Source of the DNA: Longimicrobiales bacterium
GTDB lineage: Bacteria > Gemmatimonadota > Gemmatimonadetes > Longimicrobiales > RSA9
Assembly (NCBI GenBank): GCA_050732635.1
Contig: JBOHRE010000003.1
Location: 1,924-65,923, forward strand
Direction of reading: 5' to 3'
Length of the DNA stretch: 64,000 nucleotides
In this document: positions 35,101 to 43,109 of the stretch, one piece after another
Layout: every line of letters begins with the position of its first letter
How positions within the stretch are numbered: position 1 is the first letter of the stretch
The notes under the pieces: model-generated
Database searches by the model: none
What the model saw: only the letters and a program-made list of their open reading frames with translations
What the model was told of the DNA's origin: nothing
Position numbers and translations under genes: made by a program

Positions 35101-35147
35101 GTGAGCCGCGCATCCTACGAATCGGCACGAGGATCCTGTTCCGATGA
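32133..35147 (+). CDS. Large outer-membrane beta-barrel protein with N-terminal carboxypeptidase-regulatory-like domain (TonB-dependent-receptor-like)
   Basis: The track ORF 31443..35147 is over-extended. ATG 32133 overlaps the LMW-PTP stop as ATGA. Signal peptide MKSNDSMVSSRRAMRRLRGAVRLWAVIGLVSGSFAGETLAQ. CarboxypepD_reg-like GLSVRVESAQGEELAGGRVEARELDSGLRYEASARGGGTYSLDALPPGRYEIFVERLGYRP. Long beta-rich remainder ending RIGTRILFR. Confidence 0.7.
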   Translation: MKSNDSMVSSRRAMRRLRGAVRLWAVIGLVSGSFAGETLAQSVTKAGLSVRVESAQGEELAGGRVEARELDSGLRYEASARGGGTYSLDALPPGRYEIFVERLGYRPALLRVVGARAGGVTHALVRLAPTEPPVTGVDTVIFAATSAAIVPGPGTWVGRRLIEGLPWPRRTAAALRLPSTIAGDGAIQGLPARSSTTVVDGQTFPAVRHPWAAADPLGRTGPFNLLALGGAGVYVDPVDVEYGRGATGFLTLFTAPAEAGAGVAFVSGAAGGMISELGAPAGAPNGSWVDAGARITGQMLGDSARLAVAVEGGRYETVFVPAAAELVAPFTQVAADSFGISLDETFSPRLIEAQRISAFGRLDWVVSSSSELSVGFGAAVAPEASFRLPGRHAQEALATTDGNDLFGTIALTSRIRERWTSELRIAGSRSTRSFTDGGTEGAPRTLLAGADVAIGIPAEIPGRFGSTGAQLRETVHYNADRHRLKGGVELGLRHLENEFSGSTAAGYVFGDAAAFAGLAGLLELPSVAWPSASFSITSLGAFVQDTWSAAPGLDLTLGFRYDQDRLPHDEIGHDAEWFRLSGMAADSAPAEIAALSPRVGFTWSAGGQSGWVVHGSAGRYADPFDPAALVEAVVLSAPGGVQREVGTLSAWSERPAVSGPVTERHALLAPEFRSPQSARASLGLVRSIGASTAIRLVGAYRETDFLPRRVDLNLQSSPAALDQHGRILYGEPLKLGAMLAATVGSNRRFPDYDVVWALNADGSSTYRGITIGAEHEGPLSVGIEYTYSETTDDWVDAGLSPGPQSPPLIAQGLDDWDSGVSDFDVRHRAAATALLSFPTSVGDLGVAGLYTYRSGLPFTPIVAAGVDANLDGIAGNEPAFVDAQVDGIQELSGQWDCLRLSSGAFVERNACRTPAAHALHLRGSVGLRGTSLRGELFVELINALASVSDGPVNPSLYRIDPTAALAEADGELQIPLITNPAFGEPLLGQGEPRILRIGTRILFR

Positions 35148-36172
35148 AGCACCGCTACTGCGTAGTCTCGAGTCTGCTGATCGCGGCCGGAACAGCGGCT
35201 GCATGCGCTGACTCCGAGCCCGGAGTCCTCTCACTCGACGCGACCGGAAGCGTCGCCGGCGTGGTCTACATCGACCGCGACGGCAACGGTGAGCTGGACT
35301 CGACCGATGGGCCGGTCGAAGGCGTCACCGTCATGCTGATCCCGCACGCGCGTGACGTCGCGGCCGCGCACGCAGCCAGTCTCGAGACCGGCGTCTTCAC
35401 CCTCGGCCCCGTGCCCGTGGGCCGCTATGACCTGGCGGTCGACGATGCATCCATTCCCGACAGTCTCCGCCTCGCGCGGATCGACAGCATGTCCGTGACC
35501 GTGCTGCCCGCCGACACTGCACTGACCTTCGTTCAGCTCGGCTATCCTCACATGAGCATCGCCGAGGCCCGGCAGGCAGCAGTCGGCCAGCGCGTCTTCA
35601 TCGAGGGCGTCGCCCTCAACGCGTGGAGCACGTTCGCCGATTCGACCGTGCACGTCAGAGACACCGCCGGCGCGATCCGGGCCGTGCGCGTCGAGCCCTG
35701 GAACGTGACGGCCGGTGACAGTGTCCGCGTGCTCGGCACGCGCTCGATCCAGACGGGCCAGCCCGTGCTCCAGCTCGCCCGCCTCTTCGACCTCGGACCC
35801 GTGCTCGATGCCCCCGCGCCCGACACCATGAGCACCACCGAGGCCGCCAGCGCGCTCGGCGGTACGGCCGATGCCGACCTCGTCACCGTGGTTGCGGCAT
35901 TGGTGACCGACACCACTCGGACAGCGGATGGCGAACCCCGCATCATTGTCGATGATGGATCAGGCCCCCTAGCAATCGTGCTCGACCAGCACATCCGCTT
36001 CACCTCGCCGCTGTTCCCCACCGGCGATCCGCTGCTGTACAAGATCACCGCCACGGGACTGCTCGTGCCGGTTCGCGAGGGTGAATGGGCATTGAAGCCC
36101 CGCTCGAACCAGGAGGTCATTCTGATCCCGCCGGACGATCCGGCGGGCAGCGGTCAGCCCCACTCGCCTTGA
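35144..36172 (+). CDS. Hypothetical lipoprotein with SdrD-B/Cna-B-like fold segment
   Basis: ATGA overlap with the upstream gene. MKHRYCVVSSLLIAAGTAAAC (lipobox-like). GVVYIDRDGNGELDSTDGPVEGVTVMLI resembles SdrD B-type repeats. The rest is unassigned. Confidence 0.6.
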   Translation: MKHRYCVVSSLLIAAGTAAACADSEPGVLSLDATGSVAGVVYIDRDGNGELDSTDGPVEGVTVMLIPHARDVAAAHAASLETGVFTLGPVPVGRYDLAVDDASIPDSLRLARIDSMSVTVLPADTALTFVQLGYPHMSIAEARQAAVGQRVFIEGVALNAWSTFADSTVHVRDTAGAIRAVRVEPWNVTAGDSVRVLGTRSIQTGQPVLQLARLFDLGPVLDAPAPDTMSTTEAASALGGTADADLVTVVAALVTDTTRTADGEPRIIVDDGSGPLAIVLDQHIRFTSPLFPTGDPLLYKITATGLLVPVREGEWALKPRSNQEVILIPPDDPAGSGQPHSP

Positions 36173-36540
36173 CACGGGCGGCGGCGGCCGGTAAACATTC
36201 GAGGTTGGCCAGCCACCTTGGTGGTCACCTGCCGGCGGCTCCGCCGCCAGCTGACGGATCACCCCAGTTACCGGAGGACCGCTTGGAGAGCTCAGTGCTA
36301 CCGGGATTACTAGGACCCGAGGATGACATCACCGCCTTCTTCAGCCGCGCGGCGCCGAGGGCCGAGCCGCGCGCGATCGTGCCGCCCGAGACGGTAATGC
36401 AGACGGCCGCTCCGTCCCACACGCCCGTAGTCACGCGCATGCAGACGCAGCGGCAACCGGCCGTCGATCAACGCAAGCTGCCGCCGTACCTGCGCGGCCA
36501 CCCCCGCTTCCGGCAGTAGGCGCCGCAGTAGGGGCGGGGC

Positions 36541-36586
36541 ACGCAGAAAATCAGAAGGGGCCGCTGGCAGACACCAGCGGCCCCTT
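36541..36586 (-). terminator. Rho-independent terminator for the PEP-CTERM protein gene
   Basis: Perfect 13-bp stem AAGGGGCCGCTGG / CCAGCGGCCCCTT (36555-36567 / 36574-36586) with a 6-nt loop. On the minus strand it is followed by CTGATTTTCTG. It lies 31 nt downstream of the stop at 36617. Confidence 0.6.
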
Positions 36587-36616
36587 CTCATTGGTCGGGA
36601 TCCGGGCGGGCCGGGC

Positions 36617-37453
36617 TCAATCGAGCGCGGAATCCTCGTCCGCCTGCGAGCCATGGCGGCGGCGACGGCGCGCTGTGGCAGCTCCGAGACCCATCAGGCC
36701 GCTGCCCAGCAGCACGATCGTGATCGGCTCGGGCACGATGCTGGGGCCGCACCCGCCGACACAGGTCTCGCCCTGGAACGAGCCGAGGTCCCCGCTGCCG
36801 GCGCCCGCCTCGGACACGGAGACGACGCCCCACGCCAACTGGAGCTGGGAGACGTCGACCGCTCCGGCAGCCGTAAAGGCAAAGGTCACCCAGCCGGTCG
36901 CGACGCCGTTCAGGCAGGTCTCGAAGTATGCGGCCGGGTTCGCATCCGGTCCGATGCAATCCTGGATGCCGCCCTCGGCCGTCTGCGTCGCCAGCCCCCA
37001 CTCGACCCCGCTACCCGACGAGTTGATACTGTTCAGGTTCTGGCGGAACGCCCAGAACGACGCCGGCGTCACCGTGGTCAGCGTGCCCTTCTGGTTTACC
37101 GTCCCGCTCTGTGCGATGGCCCCGTCCTCAGTATAGATCGTCCCCTCAGCGCCGAGCACGTTCTCGTTGCGCGTATCGCTGAGGTCAGGCGAAAGAACGC
37201 CCAGCCGTGTCAGCGTCGAACCGCCAATGCTGCCGTCCTCGAGCACGGCGTAGACGTTCTGTACGCGCAGATAGAACTGCGTCCGCGTCGTGCCGCCGGC
37301 ATCCGCGTACGTCTGCACCCGCACCTGGAAGCTGGCGCAGGTCTTCACCATGCCCGCGGAGCACTGGCCAGCGAAATCGATCCACTGCCCCTGCGCCGGC
37401 GCGGCCAGCGCGGTGGCGATCACCAGCGCGATTCCAGCACTCCACGTTCTCAT
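36617..37453 (-). CDS. PEP-CTERM sorting-domain secreted protein
   Basis: C-terminus GPSIVPEPITIVLLGSGLMGLGAATARRRRRHG is a VPEP motif, then a TM helix, then an Arg cluster. N-terminal signal MRTWSAGIALVIATALAAPAQG from ATG 37453 (the track start 37477 adds 8 aa). Confidence 0.85.
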   Translation of the reverse strand: MRTWSAGIALVIATALAAPAQGQWIDFAGQCSAGMVKTCASFQVRVQTYADAGGTTRTQFYLRVQNVYAVLEDGSIGGSTLTRLGVLSPDLSDTRNENVLGAEGTIYTEDGAIAQSGTVNQKGTLTTVTPASFWAFRQNLNSINSSGSGVEWGLATQTAEGGIQDCIGPDANPAAYFETCLNGVATGWVTFAFTAAGAVDVSQLQLAWGVVSVSEAGAGSGDLGSFQGETCVGGCGPSIVPEPITIVLLGSGLMGLGAATARRRRRHGSQADEDSALD

Positions 37454-37753
37454 ACCTGGCTCCTGGCCAACCATCATGAATGCGCCCCGGCCGTCGCAGT
37501 CCTCACGACAGAGTGGCCGGGGCTCTCAGTGAACCGGATTGCCGCTACTCCCGACTGCAGCAATCGCGCCGACCTACGCACGCGCCCGCGAGGTCGGAAT
37601 AACTCTTTGTTCGGCAGCAACTTAGCAGGATCGAGGCCGGCCTCTGCTGACGCCGCCGCGTGTGGCCGAGCCACAGCAGTGGCGCGGCGACCTGGATATT
37701 CGGCGCAACACTGGCTGGCTGGCGCGTACGGAACTTGCGCCCGGCCGTCGCGT

Positions 37754-37763
37754 CCCCCCCCCC
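37754..37763 (+). repeat. Homopolymeric C10 tract
   Basis: Read directly (cgtCCCCCCCCCCgaat). It lies 17 nt upstream of the preferred TTG start of the epimerase gene, or inside the coding frame if the longer track ORF (37660) is real. Confidence 0.9.
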
Positions 37764-37779
37764 GAATCGCGGAGCGCTC

Positions 37780-38769
37780 TTGCGATACGTCGTCACTGGC
37801 GGCGCCGGCTTCATCGGCTCGCACCTGGTCGAGCAGCTGGTCGAGCGCGGCCCCGAGGTGGTCGTGCTGGACGATTTCTCGACTGGGCGACGCGAGAACC
37901 TGGAACCGTTCCGCAGCGCGATCACATTGGTCGAAGGGAGTGTGACCGATCCCGCAGCGTGCGCCCGAGCGCTGCGCGGCGCCGACTACGTCCTGCACGA
38001 GGCAGCAATCCCGTCCGTGCCGCGCTCGCTGGAGGACCCGCGCGGTACGCATGCGGCCAACGTCGATGGTACGCTGACGCTGCTGCTGGCAGCCAGAGAG
38101 GCGGGCGTGCGCCGCGTCGTGTATGCCGCCTCATCATCGGCGTACGGCAATACCGAGGAGCTGCCGAAACACGAGCGCATGATGCCCAAACCGCTCTCTC
38201 CCTACGCGGTGCAAAAGCTGGCCGGCGAGCACTACTGCCGCGCCTTTGCCGCCAGCTTCGGCCTGCCGACCGTCGCGCTCCGCTACTTCAACATATTCGG
38301 ACCTCGTCAGGATCCCGCGTCCGAGTATGCGGCCGTGATTCCCCGCTTCATCACCGCCGCCCGCGCTGGAGTCCAGCCGACGATCTTCGGGGATGGCGAG
38401 CAGACCCGCGACTTCACGTATGTCGCCAATGCCGTGCACGCGAACCTGCTCGCCTGCGCAGCGCCGGCCGCGCAGGTGAACGGGCAGGTCTTCAATGTCG
38501 GTTGCGGGCAGCGGATCAGTCTGAACCGCCTGTGGGCAGAGATCGCAGCCATCACCGGCTGCGCGCTCACGCCACGCTACACGAATCCGCGGCCCGGCGA
38601 CGTCCGCGACTCGCTGGCCTCTCTCGACGCCGCGCACGCGGCGCTCGGCTACCAGCCGGTCGTCGGGCTCGCGGCCGGATTGCGGCGGACCGTCGACTTC
38701 TTCGCTGCCGAAACGCCTGGCGGAGCCGCGCCCGGCCCGGCCCCTGCCGCAGCACCCCGACAGCCATAA
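37780..38769 (+). CDS. NAD-dependent nucleotide-sugar epimerase/dehydratase (SDR; UDP-hexose / UDP-GlcNAc 4-epimerase-like)
   Basis: RYVVTGGAGFIGSHLVEQLVERG (Rossmann fold), SSSAYG and YAVQKLAGE (Y-x3-K). TTG 37780 is preceded by GGAG (37771-37774). The track start 37660 adds 40 non-homologous residues. Confidence 0.85.
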   Translation: MRYVVTGGAGFIGSHLVEQLVERGPEVVVLDDFSTGRRENLEPFRSAITLVEGSVTDPAACARALRGADYVLHEAAIPSVPRSLEDPRGTHAANVDGTLTLLLAAREAGVRRVVYAASSSAYGNTEELPKHERMMPKPLSPYAVQKLAGEHYCRAFAASFGLPTVALRYFNIFGPRQDPASEYAAVIPRFITAARAGVQPTIFGDGEQTRDFTYVANAVHANLLACAAPAAQVNGQVFNVGCGQRISLNRLWAEIAAITGCALTPRYTNPRPGDVRDSLASLDAAHAALGYQPVVGLAAGLRRTVDFFAAETPGGAAPGPAPAAAPRQP

Positions 38770-38960
38770 TGCTGCGCCTCACCGGCACTTTGTTGGTCGC
38801 CTGCGACAGCGGGCCGACCCCGAAGGGCCTCAGGCCGGGCTTCTAACTACAATGTCCCCAAGCACTTACTCGACCACCCGCAGGGCCGTTGCAGCGGTGT
38901 GATTCGTGCAATCCACGGGATCGGTACACGTGATCCGATACGCGCAACAAGCGGTTCAAG

Positions 38961-39057
38961 AGTGGCCGTCGTTACACCCTCCCTTACGGCCACTCCGAGC
39001 GGGCCCGGCACTGTCGGGCCCGCTCGTCACTCGCAGGGCCGTGTGGAAAAACGGCCC
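38961..39057. other. Cluster of three perfect GC-rich hairpins in a ~490-bp intergenic region (candidate structured RNA or leader)
   Basis: H1 is AGTGGCCGT/ACGGCCACT (38961-38994, 16-nt loop containing CCCTCCC). H2 is GAGCGGGCCCG/CGGGCCCGCTC (38997-39025, 7-nt loop). H3 is GGGCCG/CGGCCC (39036-39057, loop TGTGGAAAAA). Strand and function unknown. Confidence 0.4.
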
Positions 39058-39112
39058 GGGCGAGACCCGCGCCGAGCGGATCTGTAAGCGATCCAATGAA
39101 CCGGAGGCGACG

Positions 39113-39175
39113 ATGTCGAGGAAGGGCCGGGGCCGGTGTGTGCGCGCATCTTGCGGCTTGATCCGAAGCCCGTGA
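39113..39175 (+). CDS. Candidate 20-codon upstream ORF
   Basis: GGAGG (39103-39107) lies 5 nt before ATG 39113. Encodes MSRKGRGRCVRASCGLIRSP. Its TGA overlaps an in-frame ATGATG (39175) of the receiver-gene reading frame as TGATGATG. Confidence 0.25.
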   Translation: MSRKGRGRCVRASCGLIRSP

Positions 39176-39261
39176 TGATGCCGCTTTCAGCTCTGCCCGC
39201 GGGGGCAGGAATCGGGTCGCGCAGTCAGGCTGCTGGCGCACCACGAATCGCAGTGGGGGCC

Positions 39262-39636
39262 ATGGCGTCTCGAACGATTCTGATCGTCGACGACAACCCG
39301 GGAAACCGTTCGGTTTTCAGCCGTGCACTGCTGCAGTACGGCTATCGCGTGCTGGAGGCGGAGAACGGCGCGGAAGCGATCCGGCTGGCGAGCGAGCACC
39401 TGCCGGACCTGATCCTGATGGATCTGGAGATGCCGGTCATGAACGGGTGGGACGCGGCGGAGCTGTTGAAGCGGGACCCGCGCACGCGCGACATCCGTAT
39501 CATCGCGATTTCCGTGCATGACGTCTTCGAGCACGAAGCAGTTCACTTCGCGTCGTTTCTGTCGAAGCCGATATCGCCGAGCCTGCTGCTAGCCGAGGTG
39601 CAGCGGCTGGTGCCCGACGAAACCAGCTCATCGTGA
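39262..39636 (+). CDS. Receiver-only response regulator (CheY-like)
   Basis: MASRTILIVDDNPGNRSVF...PDLILMDLEMPVMNGWDAAELLK. Alternative upstream start at ATG 39175 (a 29-aa extension). Confidence 0.85.
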   Translation: MASRTILIVDDNPGNRSVFSRALLQYGYRVLEAENGAEAIRLASEHLPDLILMDLEMPVMNGWDAAELLKRDPRTRDIRIIAISVHDVFEHEAVHFASFLSKPISPSLLLAEVQRLVPDETSSS

Positions 39637-40067
39637 TCTCCGAGACAGTGAGGTTCGGGCCCGCACGCACGATTCTCGTTGCCGACGACGACGTCGAAGA
39701 GCGGCGGGCGTTCGAGGCTCTCCTGCGGGGTGCCGGTTTCGCTGTGCTGCTGGCGGCTGACGGTCTCGCTGCGCTGCGCACCGCAAAGCTCACCCAGCCC
39801 GATCTGATCTTGATGGATCTGCGGCTGCCAGGGATCGATGGCTGGGAGGCGGCAGCACGGTTGAAGGCTGATCCGTCCACGCGCGAGATCCGGGTCGTCG
39901 CCATCTCCGGATTCGATGTCTTCAGCGGCCCGACCGATGCCTTCGCGGGGTTCGTCTCGAAGCCCGTCCCGCCCGGGCTGCTGCTGACGGTCATCGAGCG
40001 GCTGCTGCCGCAGCGCGGGTCGGCTGCATCAGCCGCGGCGGGACCGCCGTTTCTGGCGAGGTCCTGA
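39633..40067 (+). CDS. Receiver-only response regulator (CheY-like), second copy
   Basis: ATGA overlap with the previous gene. RTILVADDDVEERRAFEALL...PDLILMDLRLPGIDGWEAAARLK. Confidence 0.85.
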   Translation: MISETVRFGPARTILVADDDVEERRAFEALLRGAGFAVLLAADGLAALRTAKLTQPDLILMDLRLPGIDGWEAAARLKADPSTREIRVVAISGFDVFSGPTDAFAGFVSKPVPPGLLLTVIERLLPQRGSAASAAAGPPFLARS

Positions 40068-40072
40068 GCCGC

Positions 40073-41236
40073 TCAGCCGCGCTCGGCGACCTGGCTCACA
40101 TCCTTGTCGCCACGCCCGCTCAGGCACACGACCACCGGCCCCGCAGCGCGCCAGCGTGCGCCTTCACGCAGGAGATAGGCGATGGCGTGCGCGCTTTCCA
40201 GCGCCGGGATGATGCCTTCCAGCCGCGCCAGCCGCTCGAACGCGGCCAGCGCCTCGTCGTCGGTCGCGCTCGCGTACTCGGCTCGGCCGCTGTCGTGCAG
40301 CCAGGCGTGCTCCGGGCCGACGCCGGGATAATCGAGGCCGGCGGAGATCGAGTGCGCCGGCGTGACCTGGCCGCGCTGATCCTGGAGCAGATAACTCAAC
40401 GACCCGTGCAGCACGCCGGGGCGGCCGGCGGCGAGCGACGCCGCGTGCCGGCCGCTCTCGAGCCCCGCGCCCGCGGCCTCGACGCCGATCAGCTCGACGT
40501 CGGCCGCCTCGACGAACGCGTGGAAGATGCCGATCGCGTTCGAGCCGCCGCCGACGCAGGCGATCACGGCCGCCGGCAGGCACGACTCGACGCGCATGAG
40601 CTGCTCGCGCGTCTCGCGGCCGATCACCGCCTGGAAGTCGCGCACGATCGTCGGGTACGGATCCGGCCCCACGACCGAGCCGATGATGTAATGCGTGTCG
40701 CCGACGTTCGTGACCCAGTCGCGAATCGCCTCGTTGGTCGCATCCTTCAGCGTGCGCGTTCCGCTGTCCACGGTCACGACGTCGGCGCCGAGCAGCCCCA
40801 TGCGGTACACGTTGAGCGCCTGACGACGCATGTCCTCGGCGCCCATGTAGATCACGCAGTCGAGGCCGAAGAGCGCGCACACCGTTGCCGTTGCGACGCC
40901 GTGCTGGCCGGCGCCGGTCTCCGCGATGATGCGCCGCTTGCCCATGCGCCGCGCGAGCAGCACCTGGCCGAGCGTATTGTTGATCTTGTGCGCGCCCGTG
41001 TGGTTGAGGTCTTCGCGCTTCAGGTAGACCCGGCTGCCGCCGGCCGCAGCACCCAGCCGATCCGCACGGTACAGCGGCGTCGGCCGGCCCACGTAGTCGC
41101 ACAACAAGGTGTCCAGCTCCGCGCTGAACGACGCGTCCGCGCGAACCGACTCGTACGCGGCCGCCAGCTCGTCCAGCGCCGCGATCAGCGTCTCCGGTAC
41201 GTAGCGGCCGCCGTACTGGCCATAGCGCCCGCTCAT
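40073..41236 (-). CDS. trpB: Tryptophan synthase beta chain
   Basis: [24 protein letters not shown]...[16 protein letters not shown]...[11 protein letters not shown] 41236 is preferred over the track start 41350. Confidence 0.95.
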   Translation of the reverse strand: MSGRYGQYGGRYVPETLIAALDELAAAYESVRADASFSAELDTLLCDYVGRPTPLYRADRLGAAAGGSRVYLKREDLNHTGAHKINNTLGQVLLARRMGKRRIIAETGAGQHGVATATVCALFGLDCVIYMGAEDMRRQALNVYRMGLLGADVVTVDSGTRTLKDATNEAIRDWVTNVGDTHYIIGSVVGPDPYPTIVRDFQAVIGRETREQLMRVESCLPAAVIACVGGGSNAIGIFHAFVEAADVELIGVEAAGAGLESGRHAASLAAGRPGVLHGSLSYLLQDQRGQVTPAHSISAGLDYPGVGPEHAWLHDSGRAEYASATDDEALAAFERLARLEGIIPALESAHAIAYLLREGARWRAAGPVVVCLSGRGDKDVSQVAERG

Positions 41237-41364
41237 GATGGTAGAGGGCGCAGAGAAGCAAGCAAGATGATCATCGGGTTCATGATAACCGCGGAGAGCG
41301 CCGGGAACGCAGAGGGTTGAGCGGAATATTTGCCAGGCCCACGGCGCCAATCAAATTTTGAATG

Positions 41365-41476
41365 TTTTGTTTGGCGTATTCAGCGTGCTGCTGCGGGAAC
41401 AGGTTCTCGGCGTGCGCTGCGGTCTCGGCGGTGATCAGGGGCGGCGCTCCACGTGCTCGGCGCGCTCGGCGGTTCC
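41365..41476 (-). repeat. REP-like dispersed repeat cluster (about three degenerate motif copies)
   Basis: Plus-strand text TTCTCGGCGTGCGCTGCGGTCTCGGCGGTGA (41404-41434), CTCCACGTGCTCGGCGCGCTCGGCGGTTCC (41447-41476) and a degenerate copy at 41370-41397. They are reverse complements of the motif seen at 45041-45120. Confidence 0.5.
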
Positions 41477-42151
41477 GCCGGCAGCGCGGGCGGCCGCGAT
41501 GAAGGCCCGGACACGGTCGCCGGATTTCTCGCCCACCACGCGCTCGACGCCGGAGCTGACATCGACGACCGCGGGACGGAGCAGCCCGATCGCCACGGCG
41601 ACGTTTTCGGGCGTGAGCCCGCCGGCGACGACGATGGTGGGGGACGACGGCAGCCGTGCGAGCTCGTGCGCCACGCCAACCCAATCGAAGCGCACGCCCG
41701 AGCTGCCACGCTCGGCCGCGCCCTCCAGCAGCAGCGCGTCCGCTCGGGCGTAACGGGCCGCTGCTTCGGCCAGCTCGGCGCTCGACCGCAGCCGCACGGC
41801 CTTCCATACGCGAAACCGGCCGCCCGCGCGCAGCTGCTCGACTCGCTCCGCCGGCTCATCGCCATGGAGCTGGAGCACGTCCAACCGCAGCGTCTCGGCC
41901 GCGTGCAGCATGTCATCCGGCTGCGCGTCGACGAACACGCCCACGCGTCGCACGGTCGCACCAGCGAGCGCCGCGAAGGTGATCGCCGCCTGCTCGAGTG
42001 TTTGCGCGCGCGGTCCCCTCGGCGAGAGCACGATGCCGACGTAATCGGCGCCCGCCGCTGCCGCGACGAGCGCGTCCTGCGCGCGGCATACGCCGCAGAT
42101 CTTGACGGCCGGCCGTGATCGCACGGGCGACGTCGTCGCTGCCGGCCTCAT
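41435..42151 (-). CDS. trpF: Phosphoribosylanthranilate isomerase
   Basis: AVKICGVCRAQDALVAAAAGADYVGIVLSP...LQLHGDE. ATG 42151 overlaps the trpC stop. The C-terminal ~14 codons run into the REP-like repeat. Confidence 0.85.
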   Translation of the reverse strand: MRPAATTSPVRSRPAVKICGVCRAQDALVAAAAGADYVGIVLSPRGPRAQTLEQAAITFAALAGATVRRVGVFVDAQPDDMLHAAETLRLDVLQLHGDEPAERVEQLRAGGRFRVWKAVRLRSSAELAEAAARYARADALLLEGAAERGSSGVRFDWVGVAHELARLPSSPTIVVAGGLTPENVAVAIGLLRPAVVDVSSGVERVVGEKSGDRVRAFIAAARAAGGTAERAEHVERRP

Positions 42152-42963
42152 CCGCGATCCGCGGCCGCCACCGAGCTGCCCGCGCGCTGAGCGCGAGTGT
42201 GGCCGACCAGCGCGCGCAGGCCCGGACCACCGCGCCGCATGGCCCATTCGCCGACCAGCACGGCATCGACGCCCGCCGCCCCGAGTGCCACCACGTCCGC
42301 GGCGCTCTGGATACCGCTTTCTGCCACCAGCACCACAGCCGCTGGAACGAGGGACGCGAGTCGCAGTGACTGCCGCACGTCCGTCTGGAAGCTCGCCAGG
42401 TCGCGGTTGTTGATGCCGATGATCCGAGCACCCGCGTCGATGGCCGCTTCGATCTCGCCTTCATCGTGCACCTCCACCAGCGCCGCCATGCCCAGGACTG
42501 CCGACGCCGCCAGCAGCTCGCCGAGCCGGGCCGGCTCCAGCATGCGCACGATCAGCAGCACGGCATCCGCGCCGGCACCGCGCGCCTCCAATAGCTGCAC
42601 CTCATCCAGGATGAAATCCTTGCGCAGCACAGGCAGCGTCACGGCCGCGCGCGCCTGCTCGAGGTCCGCGAGCGCGCCGCCGAAGTCGACCTCGTCCGTC
42701 AGCACGCTCAGCGCAGCCGCTCCCGCGCGCGCGTACGCGCGCGCGTACTCCACCGCACTCGCGTCCTGCCGGATCCAGCCGGCCGACGGCGAGCGCCGCT
42801 TGAATTCCGCGATGACCGCAACATCGTCCCGCGCGCGCAGGATCCTCTCGAACGACCGCACCGGTGCGGCGCGTTCCACCGTCTGCCGCAGCGTCCGTTC
42901 GTGCTCCCGCAGCCGGCCGACCTCGGCCCGCTTCTGCTCCACGATCCGCTCGAGAACGCTCAA
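42148..42963 (-). CDS. trpC: Indole-3-glycerol-phosphate synthase
   Basis: MSVLERIVEQKRAEVGRL...VIAEFKRRSPSAG...LSVLTD...LRKDFILDEVQLLEARGAGADAVLLI. Confidence 0.95.
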   Translation of the reverse strand: MSVLERIVEQKRAEVGRLREHERTLRQTVERAAPVRSFERILRARDDVAVIAEFKRRSPSAGWIRQDASAVEYARAYARAGAAALSVLTDEVDFGGALADLEQARAAVTLPVLRKDFILDEVQLLEARGAGADAVLLIVRMLEPARLGELLAASAVLGMAALVEVHDEGEIEAAIDAGARIIGINNRDLASFQTDVRQSLRLASLVPAAVVLVAESGIQSAADVVALGAAGVDAVLVGEWAMRRGGPGLRALVGHTRAQRAGSSVAAADRG

Positions 42964-43000
42964 GCCTCTTGCCTTCGGTTCCTTTTCGGTTTAGCTTGCG

Positions 43001-43022
43001 ATTCGGGTGCTATTCGGGTGCT
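43001..43022. repeat. Tandem duplication of the 11-mer ATTCGGGTGCT
   Basis: Read directly in the trpC-lexA divergent intergenic region. Confidence 0.9.
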
Positions 43023-43109
43023 TGCGCCGGGGACCCGCGCGTGCAACCATGCAGAGCCTCCGTCGCGACGCCCTCGAAGCGGGCGCCTGCCGAGACATCG
43101 CCTCACCCC

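Noticed and set aside
37478-37779. Sigma-54 (TGGCAC-N5-TTGC) promoter upstream of the PEP-CTERM protein gene or the epimerase gene
   Set aside because: I scanned both strands by eye. The closest candidates (for example TGGCGCGTACGGAACTTGCG) have the wrong GG-to-GC spacing. No call was made.
41237-41350. 38-residue N-terminal extension of trpB (track start 41350)
   Set aside because: TrpB homology begins at [15 protein letters not shown] (ATG 41236). The extension is Cys/Trp/His-rich and runs into the REP-like repeat region.
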